A stretch of DNA of 64,000 nucleotides from contig JARLIE010000112.1 in assembly GCA_031291875.1 (NCBI GenBank), forward strand, positions 114-64,113, in the 5' to 3' direction. The notes below the pieces were generated by a model. It had not been told where the DNA came from. It did not search any database and saw only the letters and a list, made by a program, of their open reading frames with translations. Shown here piece after piece: positions 10,501-20,320 of the stretch (position 1 is its first letter; each line of letters begins with the position of its first letter). Source of the DNA: Minisyncoccota bacterium (GTDB lineage: Bacteria; Patescibacteriota; Minisyncoccia; Phycocordibacterales; UBA2100). A program made the position numbers and the translations under genes.

Positions 10501-11225
10501 TCGTACTCTTCCTTCACACGTTTTACGAACGCGGTAAGGTCGATTTTCTTCAAAATTTCATAGAGCGCTTCAGCGCCGATCGCGGCGCGGAACATCGCGC
10601 CGTATTTGACTGCGAACAAGTGGTAGGCGGCTTCATCGAGAACGATACCGATCTGGATTGAATCGATTTCTTTCTTCGCCTTGGTGGCCATGTCCTTGAG
10701 GCGCGTCTTTTCGTCGGCGTTGGAGGCAGCCTTCGTTTTGGTCGCGAGCTCCTGCTCGAGATCCTTCAAAAGGCGGGCGCGCTCGTCTTCGTCGATCGAG
10801 GTGACGATGTAGCCAGCGAAGTACACGACTTTTTCAACTTCGGCAGCGGAGAGGCCGAGCATCAACGCGATGCGCGACGGGATGCCGCGGAGGAACCAGA
10901 TGTGTGCAACGGGGGTCGCAAGGTCGATGTGACCCATGCGCTCGCGGCGCACGATGGCGCGGGTGATCTCGACACCACACTTCTCACAGACGATGCCGCG
11001 GAAACGGATGCCTCGATATTTGCCACAGTAACATTCGTAGTCTTTTTCAGGACCGAACACACGCTCGTCGAAGAGGCCGTTCTTTTCCGGTCGCTGAGTG
11101 CGGTAGGTGATGGTTTCAGGTTTGGTGATTTCACCGTAGGACCAATCGAGAATTCGCTCGGGAGAAGCCAGACGCATCGCGACTGCTTCGAAATCCTGCG
11201 GGATGTTGTCTTTTTTCTTTTGCAT
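7524..11225 (-). CDS. rpoC: RNA polymerase beta-prime subunit
   Basis: NADFDGD catalytic motif, N-terminal Zn finger, [10 protein letters not shown] and QLTMRTFH. Confidence 0.99.
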   Translation of the reverse strand: MQKKKDNIPQDFEAVAMRLASPERILDWSYGEITKPETITYRTQRPEKNGLFDERVFGPEKDYECYCGKYRGIRFRGIVCEKCGVEITRAIVRRERMGHIDLATPVAHIWFLRGIPSRIALMLGLSAAEVEKVVYFAGYIVTSIDEDERARLLKDLEQELATKTKAASNADEKTRLKDMATKAKKEIDSIQIGIVLDEAAYHLFAVKYGAMFRAAIGAEALYEILKKIDLTAFVKRVKEEYENSGAAEKDKLRKRLALAENLRRASVRPEWMFMTRLPVVPPALRPMVALEGGRHASSDLNDLYRRVINRNNRLKRLQQIHAPEVILRNEKRILQEAVDALLDNSMRRGAGVLGIFGGRRRALKSLADYLKGKHGYLRQNLLGKRVDYSGRSVIVVGPDLALDECGLPKHMVLELFRPFVIQGVLAREHAYNIRGAGRLIEDEAPEVWPILEEAIKGKYVLLNRAPTLHRQSIQAFRPVLIEGNAIQVHPLVCPAYNADFDGDAMAVHVPLSEAAQLEAAKIMSANKNVLKPGSGDVVVASKLLDIVLGCYWMTKTMEGAKGEGSAFPSTNAAITAHDFGAIDLRAKIKVLPSDSAKYKHFEGKIFETSVGRLLFNSVLPTDFPYLNEEITSSRMRALVHSLVTHYKLDGIPQILDKIKKFGFRYATEAGITWSLSDVVVPEIKQEMVNAGREAVARENENYEQGLLTEEERKRMTIEIWAKVSNDLRKHVVESLDRNGPVHDMITSGARGSVVQLHQMAGMKGLITNPRGEIIEFPITASLKEGLTPIEYFISTHGARKGLADTALNTARAGYLTRRLFDVAHDVVVLEEDCGTKDGVTIVRPGKETLGGSFADRLAGRVLAEEAGGFKRGHLVSRDDAKAIEENTSVVEAIVRSPIGCKVARGVCQKCYGLDLTTQELVDVGEAVGVIAAQAIGEPGTQLTMRTFHTGGVATQGGDITMGLPRVEEVFETRQPKLPAAIARVSGVIADIQKDGDETVITIVPETASTAKTAKGVKKETEYRIHPLRAIVVKVGDSVQKGDFLTDGSADLDELFLFAGKERAQEYIIGEITRIYELQGVSTARKHLEIIVKQMFSRVSITNAGDTSVSVGEIVADFEFERLNREAKESEKEPAKGKQLLLGITEVSLTRASFLSAISFQNTPRKLAEAAVSGAVDRLVGLKENVIIGRLIPAGTGFAGSKKFDLVEQMEADLRSQQPVDVPSIERNRDTVER

Positions 11226-11233
11226 ATGCGTGA

Positions 11234-14200
11234 TTACTGGTTAGCCTCATCGCCGATAAATTCGATATCGATGCCCAAGCCTCGCAAGTGTCTGACCAAG
11301 ACATTGAAGGTCGCGGGTGTGTTGGTTTCTTCGATTCGTTTGCCGGAGACGATCGCGTCGAACGCTGCAGAGCGGCCGAGGATGTCGTCCGATTTGATGG
11401 TGAGGATTTCGCGCAGCGAGTATGCAGCGCCGTAGCCGAGGAATGCCCAGACTTCCATTTCTCCAACGCGCTGACCGCCGTTTTGAGCTTTGCCGCCGAG
11501 CGGTTGCTGCGTCGTGAGCGAGTAGGGCCCGATCGAGCGCATGTGGATCTTGTCTTCGACCATGTGGTGCAGCTTGAGCATGTACATGACGCCGACCATG
11601 ACCGGTTGAGCGAACGATTCGCCGGTACGACCATCGAAAAGTACACGCTTGCCGTTCTCGTTGAGACCGGCCTTCTTGAGCTCTTCTTTGATCTCGACTT
11701 CAGTTGCCGAACCGAAGGAAGGAACGACCGCTTGATAGCCGAGCATTTCAGCGGCAAGACCAAGGTGCGTTTCGTAAATCTGTCCGAGGTTCATACGGGA
11801 CGGGACGCCAAGCGGTGTGAGGATGATGTCCACCGGGTTGCCGTTTTCATCGTACGGCATGTCCTCTTCCGGCAAGATGCGGGAAATGACGCCCTTGTTG
11901 CCGTGACGGCCGGCGAGCTTGTCGCCGACGGAGATGGTGCGCAACTGCGCAACTTCCACGTGCACACGCTTGATGACACCGGATTCGAGCTGGTCGCCGT
12001 TTTCGCGTGAGAAAATCTTCACGCCGACGATGCGACCGCGTTTGCCGCCTTCCATGCGAAGCGAGGTGTCTTTCACGTCCTTCGCTTTCTCGCCGAAGAT
12101 TGCGTGCAAGAGACGCTCTTCCGGTGTGAGCTGCGTCTCGCCCTTGGGCGTTACTTTACCGACGAGGATATCGCCGGGGCGTACCTCGGCGCCGATGCGG
12201 ATTATGCCGTCTTCATCGAGGTTGCGGAGTTTAAATTCGGAAACGTTCGGAATGTCATGGGTCGTGACCTCGGGCCCAAGCTTGGTGTCGCGCACCACGC
12301 AGACGAACTCCTCCATGTGAATGGAAGTGAACTTCGCCTCTTTCGCGAGTTTTTCTGAAATAACGATGGCGTCTTCGAAGTTATTCCCGAACCAAGGCAA
12401 GAACGCGACACGAACGTTTTGACCGATCGAGAGCTGGCCGCCGACCGAGGTCGATGCGTCCGCGAGGACCGCGCCCTTCTTAACTGTTTCGCCGACCGAA
12501 ACGAGCGGGCGCTGGTGGAAGGTCGTGAAGCCGTTGGTGCGGGAGAAATTCACGAGCTCGTACTCTTTTGTCTTGCCGTCTTGGTTTTTGACCTTGATCT
12601 TTTGCGCGTCCGAGTAAATCACCTCGCCCGCATCTTCTGCGATAACGAGACGACCGGAGTCTTTAGCCGCAGCGGATTCAACGCCGGTTGCAACAACCGG
12701 TGCTTCCGGTACAACGAGCGGAACGGCCTGCTTTTGCATGTTCGAACCCATGAGCGCTCGGTTCGCGTCGTCGTTTTCAACGAACGGAATCAAGGATGTC
12801 GCCACGGAGAACGGCTGGTTGGTCGCGACCTCGATGTAGTCCACGTCGGTGTTCTTCACGAGCGTCGGCTTGCCATTCTTACGAACTTCACTGAACTTCT
12901 CGGTGAGCTTGCCGTCGTCGTCGCGAGCTGTAGCTGCGTGTGCGATTGCATATTGCTCTTCCTCGAGCGCGTTCATGTACTTGATCTCCTTGGTGATGAT
13001 GCCGTTTTCCACCTTCGCATACGGCGTCTCGATAATGCCGAATTCGTTGGGGCGGGAGTAGAGCGACATGTGCAATACGAGTCCGATGTTCTTACCTTCA
13101 GGGGTGTGGATCGGACAAACGCGACCGTAGTGGGACGAGTGAACGTCGCGCACTTCGAGGCCGGCGCGCTCAGAGGTGAGACCGCCGCGACCGAGCGTTG
13201 AGAGCGTGCGAAGGTGCTCGATCTCGTCGAGGATGTTGTATTGCTGCATGAGCTGCGAGAGCTGGTCGGTCGTGAAGAACTCACGAATCGCGGCCTGGAA
13301 CGGGCGCGGGTTGATGAGCGAGACCGGGAGCGTTGTCTCCGGGTCGACCATCGCCATGCGGTCTTGGATGTTGCGCTTCATGCGAGAGAGGCCGACGCGC
13401 ATGCGCTGTTCGAGCAATTCGCCCGCAAAACGTACGCGACGGAAACCGAGGTGGTCGATGTCGTCCGGTTCCGCGTGCAGGTTGGTGTTCAGCTCCGCGA
13501 TGTGGACGATAATGCGCTCAAGCGTCTCGAGGTCGAGGGTCGATTGCGCAAGGTGCTTCTCGTCGGTCGGGAGGCCGAAGCGGCGGTTGAAGTGGAATCG
13601 ACCGACCTTCGAGAAGTCATATCGTTCCGAAGAAAGAATAGCGTCGACGTGGTCGCGCGCTGATTCTGCGGTCGCAATGTCGCCGTCGCGAAGGCGGCGG
13701 TAGATCTCGACATATGCCTCTTCCACGCTCTTTGCGTGGTCGAGTTGGAGCGAAGCCGCGATGGTCTCGCGAGCTGCTGTCTTGCCGAATTTATTGAGGA
13801 TTTGAGCGTCAGAACCGAGGCCAAGGACACGGAGCAACGAGGTGATTGGGAAACGGCGTTTGCGGTCGATTTTTACGTAGATGCCGCCGTCCGGGTCGGA
13901 TTCAATTTCAATCCAAACACCGCGGGCCGGAATAACCTTCGCCGCGTAGTAGTTTTTGCCTTTGTACGGGATACCTTCAAAGAAAACACCGTAGCTGCGG
14001 GCAAGCTGCGGTACAACAATGCGTTCGACGCCGTTGATGATGAACGTGCCGTGTGGAGTCATCCACGGGAAATCAGCGAGGAAGATTTCCTGTTCCTTTT
14101 TTTCTCCGGTCGTTTTGTTTTTGAGACGAACTACCATCGAAAGCGGCGCCTCGTAGGTGCGCATCAGTTTTTTTGCGTTCTGTTCGTCGATGCGAAGATC

Positions 14201-14410
14201 GGCAAAGCTGAACTTAACGAGTTCGAGCTCGAACTTCTTGCCCGAGTGATCGGAGATGGGAGAGAATTCCTTGAAGACGCGCTCGGCGCCTCCTTCAACG
14301 AACTCGGTGAACGATGCGATCTGGCTCTCGACCAGCGACGGCATCTTTACGAGCGGCTCGCGGAACTTACCGAAGAACTTTTGCGGACGCGCAACTTTAG
14401 CTTTTGACAT
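11234..14410 (-). CDS. rpoB: RNA polymerase beta subunit
   Basis: GDKLAGRHGNKGV, DDANRALMGSNMQ and GEMEVWA. Promoter TTGACG-17-TATACT at about 14563-14591. Confidence 0.99.
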   Translation of the reverse strand: MSKAKVARPQKFFGKFREPLVKMPSLVESQIASFTEFVEGGAERVFKEFSPISDHSGKKFELELVKFSFADLRIDEQNAKKLMRTYEAPLSMVVRLKNKTTGEKKEQEIFLADFPWMTPHGTFIINGVERIVVPQLARSYGVFFEGIPYKGKNYYAAKVIPARGVWIEIESDPDGGIYVKIDRKRRFPITSLLRVLGLGSDAQILNKFGKTAARETIAASLQLDHAKSVEEAYVEIYRRLRDGDIATAESARDHVDAILSSERYDFSKVGRFHFNRRFGLPTDEKHLAQSTLDLETLERIIVHIAELNTNLHAEPDDIDHLGFRRVRFAGELLEQRMRVGLSRMKRNIQDRMAMVDPETTLPVSLINPRPFQAAIREFFTTDQLSQLMQQYNILDEIEHLRTLSTLGRGGLTSERAGLEVRDVHSSHYGRVCPIHTPEGKNIGLVLHMSLYSRPNEFGIIETPYAKVENGIITKEIKYMNALEEEQYAIAHAATARDDDGKLTEKFSEVRKNGKPTLVKNTDVDYIEVATNQPFSVATSLIPFVENDDANRALMGSNMQKQAVPLVVPEAPVVATGVESAAAKDSGRLVIAEDAGEVIYSDAQKIKVKNQDGKTKEYELVNFSRTNGFTTFHQRPLVSVGETVKKGAVLADASTSVGGQLSIGQNVRVAFLPWFGNNFEDAIVISEKLAKEAKFTSIHMEEFVCVVRDTKLGPEVTTHDIPNVSEFKLRNLDEDGIIRIGAEVRPGDILVGKVTPKGETQLTPEERLLHAIFGEKAKDVKDTSLRMEGGKRGRIVGVKIFSRENGDQLESGVIKRVHVEVAQLRTISVGDKLAGRHGNKGVISRILPEEDMPYDENGNPVDIILTPLGVPSRMNLGQIYETHLGLAAEMLGYQAVVPSFGSATEVEIKEELKKAGLNENGKRVLFDGRTGESFAQPVMVGVMYMLKLHHMVEDKIHMRSIGPYSLTTQQPLGGKAQNGGQRVGEMEVWAFLGYGAAYSLREILTIKSDDILGRSAAFDAIVSGKRIEETNTPATFNVLVRHLRGLGIDIEFIGDEANQ

Positions 14411-14654
14411 AGCTTTTTATGTGTAACGAAACGAGCAAGGCCTGCCCTTGCAGCGTTCCCCATATTAAATTGAGCTTCTAAAAAAGTGACCCTCTCAAAC
14501 ACTTCCTTTACTCAAAAGCGGCGTCCGCAACTCAATCTTGGGCCCCGAGCAAATATGTCGCGAGTATAAGGGTGATTTATCGCTTCGTCAAGCAAAAGGC
14601 CCCGCATTTGCAGGGCCTTTCGTTAACCGCATTAAAAAGATCGCCGCAGTCGCC

Positions 14655-14978
14655 TTAGTCTTCGTCAGTCAGCTCGAACGGGTGCTGCTTCATGCGCTTC
14701 CAGAGCGCCTGTCGGGCACGTTCTTGTCGGCAGTGCCGAATGAGCTGCTCGCCGATGCAGTGCGGAACACTGACAGCGCGGGCCGGACGAAAATCGTCGA
14801 AAAGACCTTCCGATAGCACCATTGCCCTGCCGCGGGGCCGGCGATCGAAATTGATCGAAGCGTCCGAATTCGGACTGCGAGCCTTGGGAGTGCCGCTGTA
14901 CGCTGCATTCACCAAAGCATCGACGGCCGGTTGGGTCCGCTTCCTATCGACGAGCATTTTCGTCTGCATTCCAGTCAT
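14655..14978 (-). CDS. Hypothetical protein (SD-led orphan)
   Basis: SD AAGGAG 8 nt before ATG, TTGTCA-17-TACCAT upstream, terminator at about 14594-14620. Confidence 0.55.
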   Translation of the reverse strand: MTGMQTKMLVDRKRTQPAVDALVNAAYSGTPKARSPNSDASINFDRRPRGRAMVLSEGLFDDFRPARAVSVPHCIGEQLIRHCRQERARQALWKRMKQHPFELTDED

Positions 14979-15139
14979 GCGCGTTTCTCCTTTTTCTACG
15001 CATGGTCGGTTCAGTACGACCGCAGTGGATGGTACACCCAGCCGCTGTATTTGACAATATAAAAAAGAATGGCGGGCGAACCACAGAGGTTCGCCCGCCT
15101 TACATTGTACCCATGAGCGTTTCCCGGATCACTGCTTGC

Positions 15140-15400
15140 TTAAATGTAAGTCAGCGGTTTGCCATCTGCTCGACGAACTTCGAGCCGACCTCCTTCTTCC
15201 ACGACGATTGCCGGGACGGAAATCCGGTCGCCAAAATCGTACGGTTTGTGCTTCTTCGATTGTCTCGTTTGCGTTTGTGGCGCCGGAACGGGAGCCACTG
15301 GTGCGGTCGAAGGCCGTCCGGACGCCGGATACGACTGCGGACGTCGCTGCGCTTGCAGTAAGGTTGGTTGGCCGAAGAAGCCTCGCGGGTTCCTGTTCAT
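15140..15400 (-). CDS. Hypothetical protein (SD-led orphan)
   Basis: SD AGGAG 7 nt before ATG; terminator hairpin at 15071-15099. Confidence 0.55.
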   Translation of the reverse strand: MNRNPRGFFGQPTLLQAQRRPQSYPASGRPSTAPVAPVPAPQTQTRQSKKHKPYDFGDRISVPAIVVEEGGRLEVRRADGKPLTYI

Positions 15401-15476
15401 GTACGCACTCCTGTTGTCGGGAGGGGTTGAACTTGGCGCTTTGCTTTGGCGCGCTGCACCTACAATAACATGTTAT

Positions 15477-16124
15477 TCAGCTTGTTTCAAGTCCTCGCTT
15501 TTTCCATTTTTCGATCTCCGCATGATTCCCCGAGAGCAGCACTTTGGGCACGCGATACTTTTTCTTTTTCCATTCCAAAACTTCCGGTCGCGTATACACT
15601 TCTGGCGACGAGACGCGCGAGCGCTCCAGCGACTGCGGCTTACCGAGCACCTCCGGAACGAAGCGCGCGATCGCATCGATCATGGTTGCCGCAGGCAATT
15701 CCCCTCCCGTCAGCACATAGGGCCCGACGGTAACTTTTTTCGCTTTCAGAAGCTTTTCGACGCGAGCGTCGACACCCTCGTAATGTCCGCAAATGAAGAC
15801 AATGTCCTTCTTTTTTGAAAGTTTCTGCGCCATCGCTTCGTCGAACTGTGCGCCATCTGTGGAAAAGAAGATTTTCTCAACCCCCTTTCGTTTACCGATC
15901 GCTTTTTGCGTCGCACGAAGCATTGCGTCTGGCTCGAGTACCATACCTGGGCCGCCACCGTACGGGCGACGATCGACGCGGCCGTATTTGTCATGCGTGA
16001 AGTCCTTCGGGTCGTAAAACGAGATCTTTATTTTCTTTTTTTCCTGTGCCTTGCCGATGATCGAGCTTTTGAGGTATGGCTCGATAGACTCAGGAAAGAG
16101 AGTCACGATGTGGAAGTGAATCAT
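15477..16124 (-). CDS. trmD: tRNA (guanine-N1)-methyltransferase
   Basis: PYGGGPGMV, CGHYEGVDAR, YVLTGGE and YTRP. Confidence 0.97.
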   Translation of the reverse strand: MIHFHIVTLFPESIEPYLKSSIIGKAQEKKKIKISFYDPKDFTHDKYGRVDRRPYGGGPGMVLEPDAMLRATQKAIGKRKGVEKIFFSTDGAQFDEAMAQKLSKKKDIVFICGHYEGVDARVEKLLKAKKVTVGPYVLTGGELPAATMIDAIARFVPEVLGKPQSLERSRVSSPEVYTRPEVLEWKKKKYRVPKVLLSGNHAEIEKWKKRGLETS

Positions 16125-16139
16125 ACAACTAAACTCCAG

Positions 16140-16211
16140 GCGGAAGGCGGGATACTTATTTCGTGACCCGAACGATAGGCGGAAGCGCGAAATAAGTACC
16201 CCGCCTTCCGC
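16140..16211 (-). repeat. Long inverted repeat/hairpin between khpA and trmD
   Basis: Arms 16140-16163 and 16188-16211 match at 23/24; the mismatch is a G-U pair on the minus strand. Confidence 0.85.
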
Positions 16212-16219
16212 AATCCCAC

Positions 16220-16549
16220 TTAAATATTTTTCAAATCGTTGATGACGTCGTCGACGGTCGTGTCGCGTTCGTACGGCATCGACTGACCGGCAGCGCGCTC
16301 GCTGCCTTCCGGTTCTTCGATCTTGAGGTTAACGCGGGCGTCGTTCTTCATACCAACGACACGCAGAATCGTGCGGATCGCCTTCGCGGTCGCGCCGGAG
16401 CGACCGATGACCTTACCCATATCGTCTTTATTAACGGAGAGCGTGAGGAGAACACCCATCTCGTCGACCGTGCGGGTAATTTTCACGTCGTCGGGATTTT
16501 CGACAAGCGCTTTGATGACGTACTCGAGAAATTGCTGGTCGCGTTCCAT
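16220..16549 (-). CDS. khpA: KH-domain RNA-binding protein
   Basis: DMGKVIGRSGATAKAIRT; located after rpsP. Confidence 0.92.
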   Translation of the reverse strand: MERDQQFLEYVIKALVENPDDVKITRTVDEMGVLLTLSVNKDDMGKVIGRSGATAKAIRTILRVVGMKNDARVNLKIEEPEGSERAAGQSMPYERDTTVDDVINDLKNI

Positions 16550-16611
16550 ATCAGATTTCAGCTAAGCTAATGTATTCAAAATACGAGAATACACGAATAA
16601 TGTCAACAGCA

Positions 16612-16998
16612 CTATTCGGATTTCGCATCCTCGGCAGGAGCTTCAGATGCGGCCTCTTCAGGAGCCGCAGGAGTCTCGGCGACCGCTGCCGCTACGGGCG
16701 CAGCTTCCTCCGCCGGTGCTTCCGGAGCCTTGTAGGCCGGAAGAACGTTGATTTTCTTGCCGGAAATGACCCCGGCGCCGATGAGCATGTTGTGCATGGT
16801 CGCCGAAGGCTGAGCGCCGACAGAAAGCCAGTATTTGACGCGGGCCTCATCGAGCGTGCGAGCTTTCGTGCGCGGGTTGTAGGTGCCGAGCTTTTCAACG
16901 AATTTACCCGCCTTCGGAGAAGCGGTGTGTTCAGTAACGACAATACGGTACGACGCCTGATTGATGCGTCCAATTCGCTGCATTCGGATCTTCAACAT
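16612..16998 (-). CDS. rpsP: 30S ribosomal protein S16
   Basis: MLKIRMQRIGR...YRIVV...LGTYNP...WLSVGAQPS. Confidence 0.97.
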   Translation of the reverse strand: MLKIRMQRIGRINQASYRIVVTEHTASPKAGKFVEKLGTYNPRTKARTLDEARVKYWLSVGAQPSATMHNMLIGAGVISGKKINVLPAYKAPEAPAEEAAPVAAAVAETPAAPEEAASEAPAEDAKSE

Positions 16999-17055
16999 AT
17001 GTGGGCCGCAATGTACCAGAAACGACCGAAAACTTCAAGTCTTTGGCTATTTCGG

Positions 17056-19263
17056 CTATTTGGCGACACGTTCGGCCTCTTCCAGCTTCACCGACAAAAG
17101 CTTCGAAACACCGTCTTGCCCCATCGTCACGCCATACAATTCCCCCGCCGCGGCCATCGTCGCGCGGTTGTGCGTAATAACGATGAGCTGCGATTTTTGT
17201 CCGAGTTCGCGAATCATATCCGCGTAGCGTTTGGAGTTGGCCTCGTCGAGCGCCGCATCCGTTTCGTCGAGAATCAAAAACGGCGGTGGATTGACCTGCG
17301 ACATTGAAAAGATAAGCGCGATCGACGTGAGCGCGCGTTCGCCGCCAGAGAGGACCTCGAGTCCGTGCACCTTCTTGCGCGGCAAGTGTACGGAAACGGA
17401 AAGTCCCGCATACATTGAATCTTCCTCCTCGATCACCTCTTCGGTCTCCTCGTCCAGGTCTTCCTTGCGCGCCTTTGCACGACGCGGCTCTTCGATCTTG
17501 AGTGAGGCTTCCCCGCCGCCAAAAAGCTTTTGGAAGAAATTGCGCAACGCATCGTTGATATGTTTGAGGCCGTCTCGGAATTTCTCGTCGATCGTCTTTT
17601 CGAGTTCCGCGATAATGTCTTTGAGTGAAGCGGCGGACGCCTCGAGGTCGATCAGCTCTTTCGCCAAAAATTCGTCTCGTTCCTTCGTTTGGTTGAATTC
17701 TTTTACGACCGCATCGCCGTTGCCGACACCTGATTCTTCTATCTTAATTTTCAAGCGTTCGATCGAGCGGCGGCGCTTATCTTGTTCGCCGCGGTCCTCC
17801 GAAAGAGCGCCTTCCGGAATCTCATCTTTGTCCCAGCTCTGTAATGCGGATCCGACGAGTGCGACCCCTTCGCGAACCTCCTCATCGAATCGCTGCCGCA
17901 ATCCGGCCAACTGCACGCGAGAGGCGTGCGCGGCATCGAGTTTCGAACGAACTTCGCGAATCTTGGATTCAAGTTCGACCGACTCACGCTCCGCGGCAAA
18001 CGACTGCTCGCGCGTCTGCGCAATGCCGGCGCGAGCCATATCGATATCAGTGGATAGTTTCGCCTCTTCCCCTTCGATTTGCTGCAGAGCACTCGAGAGT
18101 CGTTCCACATCACGGCGCACTTCCTCGTTGGTTTGCGGCGCGGAGCCCGAAAGCCCATCAACGAACGCTCGAATACGACTGCGAACGTCGGTAACGATGG
18201 AGCGCAGCGACGCGACATCTTCCGTTCGCTCAACGTTTGAAAGCGACTCGTCCACTTCGCGTACAAATTGGCGCACGTGCGGCACCGGGACGATTGATTC
18301 GACGGTTACATTGGTCGCTTCGAGCGCACCTTCCGCACGGCCGAGTTCGCGGGCAATTTCCTCGCGTCGACGGCGCACTTCCGAAAGCCTGCCCTCGAGC
18401 TCGCGCACACGGGATTGCATATCGGCAACCTGCGTCTGCACGCCGCCGCCCTTTTTGGCGGACGCTTCGTGCAATCGTTCCGTGAGCGCTCGCAATTCGT
18501 ACTCATGCGCCTCTTTTTCCTGCGAAAGCCGCGCGTCTTCCTGGGTGATCCACGCGTGTTCGCGGGCCAAATACTCACTGAGTTTGCTCCCGAGTTCTTC
18601 CTTGAGTTCGCGAGCCTTCTCGATCTTCTCCACCTGCTGCCGCAGGAAGTGCAAATGCGGTGCGAGTTCGCGGCGCAGCGATTTTGTTTTTTCAATGTTG
18701 ATGCCCGTCTCTTCGAGCTTACGTTCGCTCTCTATCTTTTTGTGCTGGTACAGCTTGAGGCCGAGCGCGTCTTCGACCATTTCGCGGCGCTCGCGCGGCG
18801 AGGCGTTGAGGATACGGTCGGCTTCGCCCTGCGAAATGATTTGATAACCTGAGCCGCCGATGTTGGCACCGGCGAGCAGGCGGATCACGTCTTTCAAACG
18901 CACCTGCGAGCCGTTCATCAGATATTCGTTCTGGCCGTCGCGATAGACGACGCGCTCGATCACCACTTCACTGAAATCGATATCGAGGAGACGTTTGGAG
19001 TTATCGAAAACGACTTTCACGCTCGCGCGGTTTTGTCGCGGCATGGCGGGCGAGCCGCCCCAGATAAGATCTTCGCCTTTTTTGGAGCGCATCGATTTCA
19101 TCGACTGCTCGCCAAGCACGAAACGAAATCCTTCGGCGACATTCGATTTTCCCGAACCGTTGGGTCCAACGATCGAGGCGATCGGTGAGGTGAAAACGAG
19201 TTCGGATCTTTTCCCGAACGATTTAAAGCCCGAAAGCTCGATGGATTTGAGGGCCAGGAACAT
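17056..19263 (-). CDS. smc: SMC chromosome segregation ATPase (short form)
   Basis: GFKSF, GPNGSGKSN, LSGGE and LDETDAALD motifs with coiled coils; only 735 aa. Confidence 0.9.
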   Translation of the reverse strand: MFLALKSIELSGFKSFGKRSELVFTSPIASIVGPNGSGKSNVAEGFRFVLGEQSMKSMRSKKGEDLIWGGSPAMPRQNRASVKVVFDNSKRLLDIDFSEVVIERVVYRDGQNEYLMNGSQVRLKDVIRLLAGANIGGSGYQIISQGEADRILNASPRERREMVEDALGLKLYQHKKIESERKLEETGINIEKTKSLRRELAPHLHFLRQQVEKIEKARELKEELGSKLSEYLAREHAWITQEDARLSQEKEAHEYELRALTERLHEASAKKGGGVQTQVADMQSRVRELEGRLSEVRRRREEIARELGRAEGALEATNVTVESIVPVPHVRQFVREVDESLSNVERTEDVASLRSIVTDVRSRIRAFVDGLSGSAPQTNEEVRRDVERLSSALQQIEGEEAKLSTDIDMARAGIAQTREQSFAAERESVELESKIREVRSKLDAAHASRVQLAGLRQRFDEEVREGVALVGSALQSWDKDEIPEGALSEDRGEQDKRRRSIERLKIKIEESGVGNGDAVVKEFNQTKERDEFLAKELIDLEASAASLKDIIAELEKTIDEKFRDGLKHINDALRNFFQKLFGGGEASLKIEEPRRAKARKEDLDEETEEVIEEEDSMYAGLSVSVHLPRKKVHGLEVLSGGERALTSIALIFSMSQVNPPPFLILDETDAALDEANSKRYADMIRELGQKSQLIVITHNRATMAAAGELYGVTMGQDGVSKLLSVKLEEAERVAK

Positions 19264-19320
19264 GCCCGCTTATTGTAGCAAAAAGATTCGAGCCCCGGTG
19301 TCGGGGCTCGGAGAACTCTG

Positions 19321-19500
19321 TCAGAAGAAGAGAAAGGGCGGCCGGTCGTTTCGTACCGATTCGTCGGTCGCCTCACCCGTTGTGCTGCGCGACGGCACGG
19401 TCAACCAGATAATGAACCCTAAAGCGACGATGCCGCCGAATATCCAGATAGCGATCGCTGCAGGCTGCGGTATCGGATCTAGTAACCAATCCAAGTTCAT
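19321..19500 (-). CDS. 59-aa single-TM protein (not in ORF track)
   Basis: MNLDWLLDPIPQPAAIAIWIFGGIVALGFIIWLTVPS...FLFF*. SD GGGAGG 6 nt upstream; hairpin at 19289-19310. Confidence 0.6.
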   Translation of the reverse strand: MNLDWLLDPIPQPAAIAIWIFGGIVALGFIIWLTVPSRSTTGEATDESVRNDRPPFLFF

Positions 19501-19556
19501 GGGTGTCCTCCCGGAGATTGTGCTGGTACTAGCGTACCACAGCAGGAGCTACCGCC

Positions 19557-20246
19557 TTACCATCCTTTTGCGGCCAGCGCTTTCTCCGCTGCGGCCTGTT
19601 CGGCTTCCTGTTTCGAGCGACCTTCGCCGAGCGCTATTTTTTCGGTTCCGATATAGGCGCCCACAATAAAGGTTTTGTCGTGATCTGGACCGGACTGGTC
19701 GACGAGTTGATACGACGGCGTAATACCGTGCTTTTCCTGCGCCAGTTCTTGCAGACGACTCTTTGCGTCCTGCCAAAGCCGACGCGCAACAACGTCGTCG
19801 GTCTTGTGAAAAAGCTGCTTCCCGATGAAATCGCGTGCGGCTTGATATCCCTGGTCGAGGTACAGGGCGCCGATCAAGGACTCGAACGCGTTTGCCAGAA
19901 TGATCTGTCGCGCGCGTCCGGTATCTTTGGATTCGCCGCGGGAGAGCAACAGAAACTCGTTCATGCCGAGCTTTTGCGCGGCTTCCGAAATAGATTGCGT
20001 GTTGACGAGCGCCGCGCGATACGCGGTAAGGTCGCCTTCCGGCTTGTCCGGGTATTTTACAAACAAAAATTCAGAGACGACGAGTTCGAGCACTGCATCG
20101 CCGAGATATTCGAGACGCTCGTTGTGTTCTCGGCCCAACTCGCGATGTTCGTTGATGTACGAGCGGTGCGTAAACGCCGTTTCGAGCAGTCGCTGGTTTT
20201 TGAATTGGTGACCGATTCGTGTTTCGAATTTTGAGAAATCTGGCAT
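19557..20246 (-). CDS. rnc: Ribonuclease III
   Basis: NERLEYLGDAVL signature and C-terminal dsRBD. Confidence 0.98.
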   Translation of the reverse strand: MPDFSKFETRIGHQFKNQRLLETAFTHRSYINEHRELGREHNERLEYLGDAVLELVVSEFLFVKYPDKPEGDLTAYRAALVNTQSISEAAQKLGMNEFLLLSRGESKDTGRARQIILANAFESLIGALYLDQGYQAARDFIGKQLFHKTDDVVARRLWQDAKSRLQELAQEKHGITPSYQLVDQSGPDHDKTFIVGAYIGTEKIALGEGRSKQEAEQAAAEKALAAKGW

Positions 20247-20320
20247 ATGTCAGGTTATACCCTTCAGCTTTCAATTCGCGGAACCACACGTTCCACCAAT
20301 TGCCAGCTGCAAGCTACAAG

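Noticed and set aside
3864-14623. Near-identical AAAAGGCCCCG...GGGCCTTTCGTT stems at 3864 and 14594 as cassette recombination sites
   Set aside because: Other orphan cassettes do not share them; adequately explained as terminators.
3930-18844. Long antisense or alternate-frame ORFs (e.g. 3930-4709, 5679-6611, 17231-18844)
   Set aside because: Shadows of GC-biased core genes; no motifs or start signals.
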